A stretch of 60,737 nt of DNA, counting the filler, from Platydemus manokwari (Eukaryota): NCBI GenBank assembly GCA_037951405.1. It is 5 parts of 5 records of this genome, joined end to end, with 100 filler letters (N's around TTAATTAATTAA, not from the genome) between each part and the next. Parts side by side here need not be neighbours in the genome. Positions count along the whole stretch, not along the records: positions 14,032 to 27,998 come from JBBMOY011562522.1; positions 28,099 to 38,528 come from JBBMOY011134328.1; 3 more parts are not named here. One strand, 5' to 3'. Below the pieces are notes generated by a model. It made no database searches, was not told the origin of the DNA, and saw only the letters and a list, made by a program, of their open reading frames with translations. The position numbers and the translations under genes are program-made. Below, one piece after another: positions 14,084-28,170 of the stretch. Within the stretch, counting starts at the first letter, position 1. Every line of letters begins with the position of its first letter.

Positions 14084-15491
14084 GATATTATTATTAACAT
14101 GGCATATTTCATACTGTTCCTTTCTTTACAATCTCCTACAAATTCATAAGCCAGAGAATTAAATATTATATTGTTTAAAACCTCTTCCCAGATCAGATCA
14201 TCCCAGACTACTGTTTTAAGCAATCATCGATAAATAAATAATCAAGGACATTTCGAAAGAGAATTACACTGAATATTCATTTATATCAAGTCATTAAGCA
14301 CTTGAAATTTTTGTACAATTATTTTATCACTTGATAAAATGTTATTTTTTGAACCAAGAGCTGTTTAGTTGAGAATTGATTGGAAGATTGAACTTGGAAA
14401 GTGATAAAAAATGTCATTATTTGGGAATATTTGAACATTGGCTGAATACATGAGAGATTGGCTGTTACAGATTCCAGAAGGAATTATAAGAGATTTTATC
14501 TGAAGAATATTGGAGAGAAAATTTGTGGGGAATATGCGACTTGTAAGGGTCGGCCCTCAGCATGAATTTCAATTTTTGAATAAGATGTTGTAAAATCTTC
14601 ACAGTTTAATTGTGTCAGATACATTTGAAAATAACTGCGTTAAAAATTATTGTCCATCAGTTTTTCGTCCCCTGCATTATATAATTAAATAAGATACATT
14701 AATGAGAGCACACGCAAAATATTGATCAAAGAATACATAATGAAAATCATTTTTCAAAACAATAAAATTAGACATTTATTGCACGAATAAATTCAAAACT
14801 CAATCTGATATAGATCTACAAAAGAAAAAATTTAAAATCTTTGAAATAACATGAATAAAGAAAAGTATAATATTTATGATAATAAAACTAAATTTAAAAC
14901 ACAAACAGATGCCATAACAAACTACAACAAAATTTTTAAGTCCTTTACACTAGAAATTATATGTACGAGATATTTTAAATCACCTTTTGCAGTTCTTATT
15001 TGATATATTTTACTTTGTTGTTTTGTTTTGCTTCACCGCCACACTTTTTTAAGTGAATAGGGACATTTTATTCCACTACATGATTTGTTCATATTGTTAA
15101 ATATTATAGTTCATTCTAAATTATGACCTTTTATTATAAGGAGTTTTATTTAGGCTGAGCAATAACCGCGGTATATAGACTGCATATCATAAAATTCCAA
15201 TCTTGACTTTAATAAAACTCCATCAAATATCAACCTGGGAAAAGTTAGAACTACATAATTTTAGTCGACCAAAAGACTTAATTAATGCAAGTAAGACTAA
15301 ATATTTTATTTGAAATCCGAAAAAAAGTGAAAGACTGAAACAGTTGCATACTTTTTACTTATTATCTTTCTTAAACAACAAAAATTTTGATTTAGTTGAC
15401 TTGAAAATGATTTTATTTATTTAACCAATTGCAATTTTATTAAATCAATTACTAGTAGTACTGGAAATAGAAGTACTTAAAAGAAATTTCG

Positions 15492-15814
15492 GGTTAAGTT
15501 AAGAAAGGAGTCCCTTCGCATACGTTCGTAATGATGAATTTTCGCGCACTAATTAATTTTATAACTTAATTAATATAAAATTATATAAATTGATATTTCT
15601 TCAAATACTTTGATTATTTTTTTCAAATTATCAAATTTTGGAACATTTTTAAGTTCTAGTTTATTAAATATTTGATTTCAAACAACTAGAATTCTTCTCG
15701 AGTACCTATATAAAAATTCAAAATTTTATTTAAGAATATAATTAAATAAACTATATAGATTTTTGCTTAAAGAATTTAAAATTTTAATTTAGGGCTTTTT
15801 TCTTAGCTTTAACC
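15492..15814. mobile_element. MITE with GG-initiated TIRs and an 8-9-bp TSD (Merlin-like)
   Basis: GGTTAAGTTAAGAAAGG...CTTTTTTCTTAGCTTTAACC flanked by GAAATTTC(G)/GAAATTTC(A). Related termini occur at 38284-38362 (+) and ~48730-48790 (-). Confidence 0.6.
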
Positions 15815-16213
15815 GAAATTTCATAACAGTAAACTATAATGTTATAATTATCAATATAGTGAAAATATTAAAATAAAATTATTACTAAAAATTAATACCC
15901 AAAACTATATTTGTAAAATAATAGTTCATACAAGTTCAATAACATATAACTTTCAGGGTGATTAAAGTGACTCATCAAAACAAAAGGTTCGAAAGTCAAA
16001 TCACACTGGGTTAATAATTCGAATAATAAAATAACGTCAGAATTTACCGAAGAAAAAAGACTGGTAATTGTCCTTTACAGTCGACTTCTTTTTATATACT
16101 TGTCGCGAGAATTGATTTGTTGTCTTTTAGCTTTACTTTTCATTTGTTAGAACCGTATGACTAGTCTAGTGACAAAATTTCCTTCTACCTCTTTAGTTAT
16201 TTTTGATCGATTT

Positions 16214-16854
16214 TGTCAAGTGCTTCACAGCAGCTAAGTTTGTGTTGGGATGATAATCAACAGTTAAACCTGAAAATTATATTGAACTAAAATTGTCAAA
16301 AGCTCAATCACAATGAATAAAGTTAATTAATACAAGTCAATGATAGTCTATCACACAGGATGGGATCAGCACCCATAAGTCAGACAGAATAGAAATCTAC
16401 CAAAAAGACTGACTGCTGTAAATCTCACAAAGTTAAGAATAATACACAAGTTACCGACCAAACAAGACTGGCAGTTGCTCATGGACTTCAACATCTTTTA
16501 TAGACCTATTGAGTGTATCTGCTTAATGTCACGAATCTTTATTTTTCATTTTCTGAATTCACTCTTACATCGGTCTACTTTCAAAATTTCCTTGTATCTC
16601 TTATGCCATTGACAGATATTTGAGCTTACTACCATTTGTAGGTATGTGCCCGCCAATTTTTAACTTCTACATATGGATTAATATTAGAAAGAATCTGATT
16701 GGCTGACGGTACATGAGCTTATCGGATCTGTGTGTATCGATCCTTTTTAGGGTTATTTCCTTGGTTCCTGTAATCCTTTTCGTAGATTTTGTGATCTACA
16801 TTTGTATTACTTTACGGAGCCCTCTTATTTGTGATTGATACGTGAAGCATAACA
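16214..16854 (-). mobile_element. Solo-LTR-like repeat (family Y, copy 1)
   Basis: TGT...ACA ends. The reverse complement aligns over ~300 bp with 47060-47400 and includes CCAATCA and GGTCTATAAAAG (CCAAT/TATA-like). Confidence 0.55.
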
Positions 16855-19342
16855 AGTATTGCATGAATCATATAAAATTAAGATAAATAGACGTGTAGCT
16901 GTTAATCGATTGATAGCACATTAGGATTAATATAATGATTAACAATGTGTTAATAAATTAAAATTTTTGGAATTCATATAAGTTCCCGAGAAATATTGAT
17001 TGCTTATAAATCATCCTTCAATTTTCGAATAAAATTTGAGCTTGAAAATTTAATAATGATTTAATTAGAAATTTAAATAAGTATTCTAAATGCAATCATT
17101 ACACATTTGATTATCGACAAAATTGGTTTATCAATAAATTTTGTGAATATCCGAGAATGGGATTAGACGAGAATTTTTGCGTTTCTAAATCTCATTGTAG
17201 ATATTCATTCAATATTAATAGAAATTTTATGTGTAAAAATTATGAAATCACAATGTCGTAAAGGTGAAGTCATTTACTTAGGTTTGCAACAAGTTTGAGT
17301 AGTTGTTGAGATTATTTGATAACGTTAAATACTTAACTGATAAATTCATTAGTTTCATTTTGATAAGTGCTCTCATAATAATGTCCGTAAGCTATTTCAA
17401 ATGCTCATAATCATGAATGTGAAGCTTTGAATGAAGTAGAACATAATTTATTTTGTCGATAAAAAGATAGTAAAGCAATTCAGAGATTGCAGTGCTTTAA
17501 CACAAGCTAAGTATTTTATTTTATTAACATCTGAACTGAAATAAATATTTTATTTCTACATAAACTTCGGGAAATGTGTTTTAAAATTTAGTCGAAACTG
17601 ATGAATCACCCGAGAAAGAATAAAATTATAAGTAAAAAAAATTGTAAGTAAATCACTACTCTATACGGATTTTTTGTGTTGTCGAGTATAGACGAATCCC
17701 TTGGAAATAACGGTATTTAGCTCATTGGTATTTATGTTTTCATATTTTACTTACCTTAAGACACGATAGCTGACCAATTAGACACAACATAGAACGAAGT
17801 TTTCAATATGACAAAAAATACTTAACCATATAATGTTACGCACAGGGATTGATAACTTCAATTGGAATATTGAAAATCAGAGCAACAAATGGAAGTTGAA
17901 CACAGTGAACACGCTGCAACCTTTGGCTACAAATTTCATGCTAAATCTATCCTATTTCCAGTGGAAGCCATATAGAAATAGATATTTGTACTGTGAAAGT
18001 GATTGCCTGTGAAGCCGATTAGAGTGAAATGTATTTATCAATTTTGGGGATATCAATCTCCCATTGATATATCAGCAGTATAGCTGTTCTAAAGCTTATT
18101 TCTCTGAGTTCATAGCACAGCCAATAATATTTAATAGTTAGTTCAAAATATTAATTTCACATACCAAAATAATTTTTCTGGAAATTAAATTTTTAAATAA
18201 AACTCGTACTTGAACTTATCATGCTTTTGCTTCGAAGTTTATAAAATTGGAATTTCAGAGGTAACCAATATTTAAATTTCCATTCTTGAAAAATTGCAAG
18301 AATTGTGGGAGTGTTCTGACAAGTATCTTCCGGTAATCCGTAACTTTCAAAATCACTAAATCAAGCAGTTCTTAAGTGAGGTTCATTACATTGTTTTAAT
18401 CTTTATTAAATTCGTATAAGATAGAAACAAATATTTTATCAAAAAAACACTTTGAATATCAAAGATTCTCCAATTTATAGTTTAGTTTTGACTTTTTCGA
18501 AACACTACCCTTTCAAATAAATCCGCGAAATTATTTTTAATTTATTGATATTCTTATCAATATATATATACATGAAATATGCCAGGAATTATTCGTCAAA
18601 TAATTCTAAAGCGTGAAAGAGGTTTAAATGCAAGCCTGTAATTTTTACAAGGCTATTTGATGTGTTATAGACGAGAAATATGTATTAAGATAAAATCTAA
18701 TAACAAAAATACAAAATAACTAAGATCTGGTTCGTGAAAACAATCAATCAGATCTCATTTTTTTATATAAATCAATTTATTTAATTAAATTAATATTTAA
18801 TTATGTATTTAATTCTTTGTAGAGACATAACCAATTACATTGAATAGTTACAATTATGCAGATTATTCTCGTGTGTACATTTGTGTGTGTGTGTGTGTTC
18901 AGAAATGATTTTTAGTATCGACGATCATTCATTTGGGTCAATCTGCAATGTAACATTTTCTAAAATTCCAATACTAAATCAAAATTACCACCAAGGATTT
19001 CGAATAAATTCATAAAAAATAACAATTTAATCATTGTGTTATAAACGAAAATCAATAGGTTATGTTTGTGTTTCTTTACCGGTTGTGAGCTTAAAATGAC
19101 TAAATATCTCAATTTCAAACACCGCAACCATTAATTTTTCCTTTCAAATCTGGACAAAATAATATCTTTCATAAAATAGAGTACCCCGTTTCATATCGTT
19201 CAACTATAAAAATCGTCTTCACAATAATCGAAACTGGTTTCAAATGTGTTTTTATTAAAGTAAGACATCTATAGAAATACAATAATATCTATAAAGACGT
19301 ATGATATGAAAAATAATCTTCGAATTTCTAACAGGAACTTCA

Positions 19343-21032
19343 TCAAATTGGGACAGTTTTCAATTTATTATTTGGGTGTGCTCTGAACGTTTTGTAGAAA
19401 CATTGAACATAGGTGAAGACACATTTCCAGTCCGGTTTCTCCATGACGAGCATGTCATCAACATCCAGCAAGGGATAAATATCGGCATATTTACTGAAAG
19501 AAACAAATAATCAATCATCAATAAACAAACTCGAAACGTATTATCGTATTCGTTACTAGGCACTATTGAAAGCCAAATCTAAATTTGCTCGACGATTTGT
19601 CTTATTCAATTTGGAAAAATCAAAAGCTTCAGGATGAAAATTATGAATCAAAGCGCAGAATGCCAATCCATCCGACCAGCTCGTTGATAAATTTTCCACA
19701 CAAACGCCCTGATTTAAACAAAAACTCCATTAATATCATCGACACAATCAATACATTTCTACATATTCATAATATTCGTCCGTATTCAATTTACAAAATG
19801 TCAGAATGATATCTTTGGCTGATGTTGCAGAACGATTGAATCTCCTGACAAAATTTTGACTAGAAACATGTTCATAAAAATTTGTAAAAAAAAATCAAAG
19901 AAAAATCAATACGCTGGTGAAATTTGAATTTTGGTTTCTGAAATTATAAATACATACATGTAAATGATGAGCGAAATTTTTCTAAAATTTTCATTAAATA
20001 ATTCATTCCTGTATATATAGCATATGGTTAATCGATATTTTATGTACTCACTATTGTCTTATTTAAGTAAGCATTGTTTAAAATATTATTGATTGATTTC
20101 ACGTTCAAAATGTATGGAACACAATTATGATCAACTAATTCTCGTTCTGAATCGATAAATCTTTATTCTAGATCGATATATAGCATGTTCTAATAGATCA
20201 GTAACATTTATATCATTAACATATAAAACAACGATAGAATAAAAGATTTTTTGATCACAAATCAAACAGACTTATCAATAAATTGAATTTCAGTGGTCAA
20301 TGAGTTTTTGATATAATCAATATTTATCAATGTATTTAACTTACAATCCATTGTTGCGATATAAAAATTGAATAATTTCATATGATTAATGACAGAGTTT
20401 ATAAATGCAAAAATAATATGAAAGAATAAATAATATAATCGATAGAATGGTGGAGAATATATACGCATATTTTCTGATATATATCAGGGCAAAAATTATG
20501 AAGATCTATGAAATATTCATGAGAAAACGAAAAATCGAAACACGGAGCTACTAAATAAATACAAATACCACTTGTAATACAAGATAAACTAGTTATACAT
20601 TCCATGACAATAACAAATGTAAATATATCTAACCAGAAGCTTACTATATTCATTGTTTATTATTATTATCGTTGTCGTTAGGACTTTGATAGACATTAGA
20701 TTTCACCAAAGCCTTACAACATAATATTAGAATTAGGAAAAAAAAACAAAAAGACCACGATAAGATGTAAATATAAATTCAAGCCAATTATTTAGTCATG
20801 AATTTCGAAGACTGAAGTAAATAATATATTAAATAATAAAATATGAATGATAATATATTAATGAGGTAGATAATATATTAAACTATAAAAGGTGAATGAT
20901 AATATATTAATGAGGTAAATAATATATAAACTTATAAAATTATTAATGAGGTAAACAATAGCACTTTAAAGCATTTAATTCTGAGAATACTCGTTTTTAT
21001 TCAAAATATAATTATTCAGATTATGTTATCGA

Positions 21033-21095
<63 letters not shown>

Positions 21096-24000
21096 CATTA
21101 TTTTAATATCAAGGCCATTGTAGCTAGTATCACATAAATATTATTAATTTAATTATCATAATTATTAACAAGTTATAAAATTCAAGCCTTGCTAAAGTAC
21201 AAATAAAAATTATACGACACCATGCCTATTTGATCGACGCCTCAAAGCCTGGTTAATAACAATGGATAATGTATTGAAAACAAAGTTTAAAATAGAATGA
21301 TGTCATTGATATTGAATAAAAAAATCTCAAATATCATATCACAAGGTGCCATAGAGCACGAGGTCATGATGATGATGATGATATGAATCGGGTTGCATGA
21401 GTTGTCTAAATTGTGAAATGAAATTCATAATCTCTCTGGCACACACCGTTGAAATAAAAATTCAAAAATATATTGATTTACCTTCTTTCACTGGTGCCAC
21501 TGAATTCGGTTTCAAATCATGATTTAAACTTCCAAGCATTTCTTGACCGATCATGGTTTTGTGTCGATTGAACCTATTTTTGTGCAATCCCACAACGGGT
21601 TTTGCTGAAATGAAAAACAAATTTCATCGATTAGATACGGGATCGATTAATCATACAAATAACATCACATCGGGGAGGACTAGTAACGATTTGATTATCA
21701 GCTGAAATAATGATCAGAATTCTTAATAAATCACTAATATCAAACCTTTCTCGACTTTAGATTCCAATTCTTCTCGAACGATGGAACTCACAGATTTACC
21801 AGCCTAAAAATACGAGATATTTGGTAATTTTAAATGTCCTTGTTTTCCTAGTTTTACGTACGTTTGTACTGTTGATGACGATATTGAATTTTAGCCAATT
21901 CTTTTTCAGTCGTTGGGAAAGTATTGTGATTTGATAAACACCACTATCGTTAATGTTGAGATTCGATATGGTTAACGATGCCTGTCTGCCATCAAAACTG
22001 ACAGCAAACCGATCGGTGTGAGAAATTTTGATATCTCGATCTCCAAATTTCCACAAACACTCAATTGAATTCAATATTTTATACGGCATAACCCATACGA
22101 GTTTTAAAGAATCATTGATCTTTATTATTGCACTATCTATGCTCGTCGTAGATAAATCATCTAGATTCATTACAAAATCATTCTTTCATCAACACAAACC
22201 ACATCCTCACCATGTCTCAATTCTTTAATCTCTGATATTTGATTTCTTAATAGACATAAATCTTTATATCGAATATAACAGTTTTTAATTTTATACTTTT
22301 TTGTCGGGCTATTAGCCATTGATCCGTTTGAGTTTTCATTTAGAACTGAATTTGGTTCTACTTTCTGTGTTGAATTCATTTTCTCTAAATAATATTCGAA
22401 CAACTATATTAGAAAGATTCAAAATTTATCCGATAATCGAATTAATAATGTCAATAAAATTCACACGAATGTGCTTTAATGTGATTTTAGTGCGATTTTC
22501 AGTACATGTGCGAATATATGGTATATTTCATATTATTATGTATATCAGTGGTCTTCACACTTTTTGTGTTGCGACCCATTTTACAAGTAAAATTTTTTTC
22601 GAGACCCCTAAGGACTAAAATAAAAATAGTAAAGTAAATTTTTATAATAAAAAAATATTTTTAACACCAAAAAATTAAAATATATTTAATAATAACAATT
22701 ATTTTTCATATCCTGGCATAAAATATCAAATCTTAACTCTATTTCGGTGATGGTGGGTCTCAATACTAATTCCAGATCTTTAAATTCGATCGATATTTTG
22801 TCTTAATATAAATAAGTGTTGAAATTGAAAATTTTAGCGACCCACTGGTACGTTGCCCCCCTTTTGAAATATATAATTCAATATTATTTTCAATTTATTA
22901 ATAAACCATTTCATCACGATTATTTCCAAACATTTTACTGAAAAAAATAGCGATTTTTCAAATTTTACTCACCAAGCTACAGTGCTTGTTTTAAGTTTTG
23001 TTTACATAAAAAATATCATTTTCTATTCGATTTTAACAAAGTTCATCTGTACGGTGGTTTCAGTTGAGGACATTATAAGTTTATGTTGTGTATATATTGA
23101 TTTATTGCAACTTGGTGTTTAACAGAGTTCCAGTTTGTTATTTGAAATAAACAACAACCGAAATTCAATTTTCATCATTAGATTACATCAAGCCAGCTTT
23201 AATTAAAAATACATGGGTGTCCAAAGAAAGACAAATTATTGAAGAATGTATAGCTTCTGGTGTGAGGCGACATTTATAAAAAATATTGATATTACAATTC
23301 TTATGTGATGGGCACCTAACTTGTTAATAAGATTGTTTGAAAGATTCATTGAATGTAATATTCGATAAATCAATGACATACGGGAATGTATATCGATCAA
23401 TCAAACCTTCATTCATACTTTTTACGGGGTAATTAATTCAGATAAAAAATTTACTTTGATTCTTTTGCAGATGTAAAATGTTGCTTCTTATTTTGCATTG
23501 TTCGAAAAAATCGGTAGTTTTTTTCAGCTGAAATAGAAGTTTCTAAGACTACAACGTACATAGAACTCTTTTACCGATTCTCTAAGATTTTCAATTTCTC
23601 GTGCATTTTCATCTTTGTAATCTTCAACTGGACCATTTTCCACTTAAGAGAGAAAGCCAATGAATAAAAATTGATGCAAGCATATAATAAATATGGATTA
23701 TCATCCAATCTTTATCAATGCTATGTCAAATCGTTAATAATCCATACTCACTTAATTCGGAAATGTATTTACTAGATGATACTGGTAACTTAGTTCGTTC
23801 AATGTTATCTCGTTCAAATATCAGTACTAATTTTAGAATCTTCAAATATTTTTGAAATATTGTAAATCATTTTAAAATGCTCGGTACTTGGATCGATTGA
23901 TTAAAGAAGAAGGTTGTATAAACTGCAAAAAATAGTTACAATTTAGAAGAAACAACTAAAGATATCGAGACTGATTCTAACTCCACTAATAGTGCTCGAT

Positions 24001-26772
24001 GATAATAATTAGTTTTAGCTAAATTCAAGATGGCCTGTATGGTTTTTATCAGCTTTTAGTTTATTTTAATTTGCTTTTTAGTGAAATCCATGAATATTGT
24101 TATTTTTCTCATACGAGTAGGTTGATATATTAATTGAGTTTAATAATAGATACTTAATATTCTTTTAGGAAACAAAGAATATATGGATAAAGTCTCTTAA
24201 AGCTTATCTAACATTTTATACTGAAAAATAAATTCTAATTGATTCTGATTTTTTCTCAAGAATTCATTTGTAAGCAAGATTTTTCTCACATTTTCAATAG
24301 ATGATGACTTCGATGTCATTTAATTGATAAAATTAACAGTACAAAATTGTTTATCATTGTCGATTCGCAAAGCTTTGCATAATAATAAAACATTGTTATT
24401 CTCAACAATACCGATGCACTGAAATCTGTAAAACGTATTTGTTTTAAAGAAAGCCATAATAAAATCAGAATTCTTGTCATTGTATTGATAAAAATGATAA
24501 AAATCATAGTGAGATATGAAATCGATATAAAGTGATGATGATTATAACTGGATTTTTCTTTAACCACGTGAATCCTTTCGTGTAAAATTATCGATATAAT
24601 ACTCAACTTAACATCAGAATGAATATTTAAAAAACCAAAACCATTTTCGGTACCAATCAAAAGAAAGTACAAATTAAAGTTTAGAAAATTAAAATGAATG
24701 ACAACTACAGTTTCTTAAATTGTTTTGAAAAATGGAAAAAACGAAAAAAACATTGATAATTTGGTAAATATGACAAAAATGATAGAAAATGCAAGCTAAA
24801 TAATGAAAAGTTGGTTGAGCATGAAATAACAAAACAATCACCAAAACAGTCACCAACAAATAGATACATATTGGATGTACACTGAGATAATATGTTTATT
24901 AATATTTGTATTTATTCTATTGGTGCCAGTTTGTTTAGACTTTCTACCAGCTATTAGAAATGTTCATTAACATGATTTCCATTTATTAAAAACATATCAT
25001 ATCTCCACAGAATAATTTCAATAATAAATCGCAACCAACATTAAATGTTGGCATAGATCAACAAGCTAATTCAGATGTTACAACACCCTCATAAATTTGT
25101 AATTCAAATCAGTAGCCAAAGTCGTAGTGACTTCAAACGTGTTGTTTTTGTACTTGATTTCATATTGATTTTTCTAAAAATGTATCTCGAGATAATTTCA
25201 TTTTGAAAATAACCACAATTCCATTTCGGCAAATCACATCACAAAATGCTGAAATGTTTGAACCAAAACCAGTGCTCACATTCAATTTTGATCATTTTAT
25301 GATTCTGTCCATGACCAAGGTTGACAATAAGAAACAAAGCAAGATGAAATAAAATTGAAACGAATAAATAATTGGCGTCAATATGTTAATATTTTGTGTT
25401 GAAATCGATAATAAATTTCAAAACAAAACAAAACTTCATTTATGTTATCATGCCTGAAAGTAAATAATAAAAAGAAAAATAAACAAAATAAATATAATTT
25501 CCGAAAAATTTGAAAGAAAAAACTCATCGAAAATTTTCAGTAAATATTATATTACATAATATATAACAGTTATTTCGTTTATTGTTTAAAAAGAAAATTT
25601 TGTGGTTGTGATCAATTTGAGTTTCTAAATTGTTCTATTTATTGTTTTGTTTTATTTACTTTTTACAAAAAATTCTCAACACACACCGAACATAGCAGAA
25701 ATTATCTGGCAAGCAAACTAATAAAGAATTCAGAATTTTTGATATTCATTCATAATAATAATGATTATAGTAATTTTTAAGTTCAATATAATTATAAAGA
25801 TAAAAGAATATTAATATGTACTATCTAAATGTAAATTTCATTTCAATTTCTATCAGTATAGGTCGATAATTGTCTCAATAAGATTATAAAATAAATTATT
25901 GAAGCCAATAAAGGTTAAATAAACATCAAAAATTAATTCGTTGATCTTTTGTCATGAGTCTGATAATTCCAAAAATTAATAGTACTTCTAGTCCATCACA
26001 TATTTCAAACATCCACCAGATTTAAGCGGAAAGAACTCTTAAATCAACTCAGCAATAATATGAAGCAATAAATGTCGGAAAATAAATTCTTTATATAATT
26101 CTAAAAATCATTTTAGAATGGGTCTCTTTCGAAGAATAGTTTAAACAACAAGCTCCTTTGGGCTATTATTGACAACCAATAAGGATTGATGTATAAGGGC
26201 ATTGGCCTATAAATCCAATATATATATAGAGCTATACATGTGATTAACCATCTTCGGGAGAAATACAATCAATAATATTGATAAACCATGTTCAAAATTT
26301 GCAAGCGTTAAATTGATCAAGTATTTTAATAAATTTTAATTAATCGACTAATAAATATAATTGGAACTAAAAGGAAAAAGTAGTAATTCTAACAATTATT
26401 CTAATTTAAGATTCCTTGAAAAGCTGACTAATAAGATCTAATATGAATAGATTTTTCGAATCCCACTGCCATAGAGGTGATCATTTACATACACATAACC
26501 GATAAAATTTTCAATAAATTATTATTAAAAATTATACAAAGGCACATTTTGGCAAAACAATTACCTGTATTTTCTTTTCGTTTTTTTCTAATAACCTGTC
26601 TGATAATATTTCTGTTTTGATAGGACTTCTCTTCCAACAACTAAGGATTCATTCTCAACAATTACAATCCAAACCCTCAAACATGTTTTACCTTGGCTTC
26701 CAACTCTTTCAAACTGTACTGTGAATAAAATGCATTTCGATCTTCATTTGCTAAAGAATTTGTCTGTGACAT
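19343..26772 (-). CDS. Smoothelin-like actin-binding protein: two N-terminal smoothelin-type helical repeats, an Ig-like domain and a C-terminal calponin-homology domain (13 exons, ~473 aa)
   Basis: Exons 26772-26692, 26640-26565, 23642-23575, 23527-23455, 22384-22211, 22160-21862, 21803-21746, 21701-21657, 21604-21482, 19937-19913, 19859-19763, 19708-19557, 19493-19343 join in phase (1422 nt). The CH domain (ENLSTSWSDGLAFCALIHNFHPEAFDF...PLLDVDDMLVMEKPDWKCVFTYVQCFY) is smoothelin-type. N-terminal LEAKLLEEKSYQNRNIIRQVIR and LRESLKKTTDFFEQCKIRSNI resemble smoothelin repeats. Confidence 0.85.
20835..20960 (+). repeat. ~49-bp tandem repeat x~2.5 (TGAATGATAATATATTAATGAGGTA...)
   Basis: Read directly from the sequence; intronic. 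Confidence 0.75.
21034..21101 (+). repeat. (TAT)n microsatellite
   Basis: Read directly from the sequence. Confidence 0.95.
22546..22870. mobile_element. Degenerate hAT-like MITE in a smoothelin-like intron
   Basis: Starts CAGTGGTCTTCACAC, with repeated GCGACCC subterminal motifs. The right TIR is decayed. Confidence 0.45.
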
Positions 26773-27108
26773 CGCTCCTCAGTTCACCGGTAATATTAAT
26801 TAATAAATAATGAGCGATTATTCCAATAGTGTAAAATCATTCTACCAATACACACGAACGAAACCGAAAACATCAACCAATTGAAAACAGTTAAATTACA
26901 AAAAAATTATTTGTTTGTTTTTTCTTCTAAATCACATACACACAAAGACACACACACACAGACTGACAAAAGTAATTCATTAAACATACGTCTAGATGGC
27001 TTATCGAGATAGAAATAACAACTACTTCAAACAATTATGACAAATAATTCAGTTTTTTTGCAGAAATTCAAAGTATTGGAGGAGAATATTTTATTAATGA
27101 CAAAAACA

Positions 27109-27595
27109 TTAAGAATTAGAATTCTTAGAAAATAAGACAGCTATGGGTTTGTCATAGAAATTGTAAGCATTTGTAGACTCCAGAGCATTTTCAGCTGCAG
27201 ATTGTGATGCAAAACTCACAAAAGCTTGACCTGAATGATGGAGTGTCATTCGCAATCTAATATTTTATTCCATTGATTTACCCTTCATTCGGCCTTCGGT
27301 GAAATATGTCACCTGGAATGAGGCAATATCCGTTTCATTAGACCAATCAACAAATCCACCAAAAAGACTGATAATATCATCTTTTGATACTTTTTTGGAA
27401 ATATTTTTTACGTACAACTGATTGGATGGCATTCCGCGTTGGTAGTTTTTCAACGCGTTAATAGATGACCATTCTGATTTGGGAAGAATATTGGCTTTAA
27501 TTTCTTCAAGCGGTATAATATTCAGCGGCTTCTCGAAATGTTTTGGATTGAATTTCTCTTTACTATCAGGTGTGTCAACATTTTTCCTAATCTTA
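27109..27595 (-). CDS. RNPC3: RNPC3 / U11-U12 snRNP 65K protein, 3' part (C-terminal RRM); 5' exons not found
   Basis: Exons ~27595-27282 and 27230-27109 encode YQRGMPSNQLYVKNISK...FGGFVDWSNETD...EGRMKGQAFVSF...NAYNFYDKPIAVLFSK. This matches the RNPC3 second RRM. The paralog RBM41 is a less likely alternative. An assembly gap lies 400 bp upstream. Confidence 0.8.
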
Positions 27596-28098
27596 TCTAC
27601 AAACAATCACAAATCTAGGTGAATAAATAGAATAGATATCAAAAATCTTTCCCAATAGATTGATATAAATCTTCGAACAAAAAAAGTAAAAAATAATTCA
27701 TCGATATATTTGATTGATTTATTTCGTTATATAGAGGTTCATAATCTCTACCTTTACAAGCAAAAATGTTATAATAATCCATATTATGAAGGGTTTAACG
27801 GACAATCCTTAACATTTTTTTATTATAGCCAACTTAAAGTCTTGTAATGGTAATCTTCAATTGGTCAGTTTAAAAAATAATTTATTTTATAAATCAATAA
27901 ATATGGTGTTTCAATTCAGTTCGGAAAATCAATTGAATTTATAGCTGTATTAAAAGAAGAAATCGAAACATATTATGATTGGTGATTAGATAAGATTANN
28001 NNNNNNNNNNNNNNNNNNNNNNNNNNNNNNNNNNNNNNNNNNTTAATTAATTAANNNNNNNNNNNNNNNNNNNNNNNNNNNNNNNNNNNNNNNNNNNN

Positions 28099-28153
<55 letters not shown>
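28099..28153 (+). repeat. (AAT)n microsatellite abutting gap
   Basis: Read directly from the sequence. Confidence 0.95.

Positions 28154-28170
<17 letters not shown>

Noticed and set aside
13984-14223. ORF with a poly-Ile tract
   Set aside because: It is the translation of a (TAT)n microsatellite running into Ns.
19360-19809. Track ORFs 19360-19563 and 19585-19809
   Set aside because: They are alternative frames over the smoothelin CH-domain exons.
20262-20653. Hydrophobic, Cys-containing ORFs inside a smoothelin-like intron
   Set aside because: They show no CxxxC framework, paralog or splice support. The I/F/L/Y-rich composition is expected for random AT-rich ORFs (the same applies to 24316-24672, 29761-30105 and 30856-31056).
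22170-22210. Apparent TAATG stop-start overlap or frameshift between ORFs 22170-22403 and 21796-22170
   Set aside because: A 50-nt phase-1 GT-AG intron (22210-22161) explains it.
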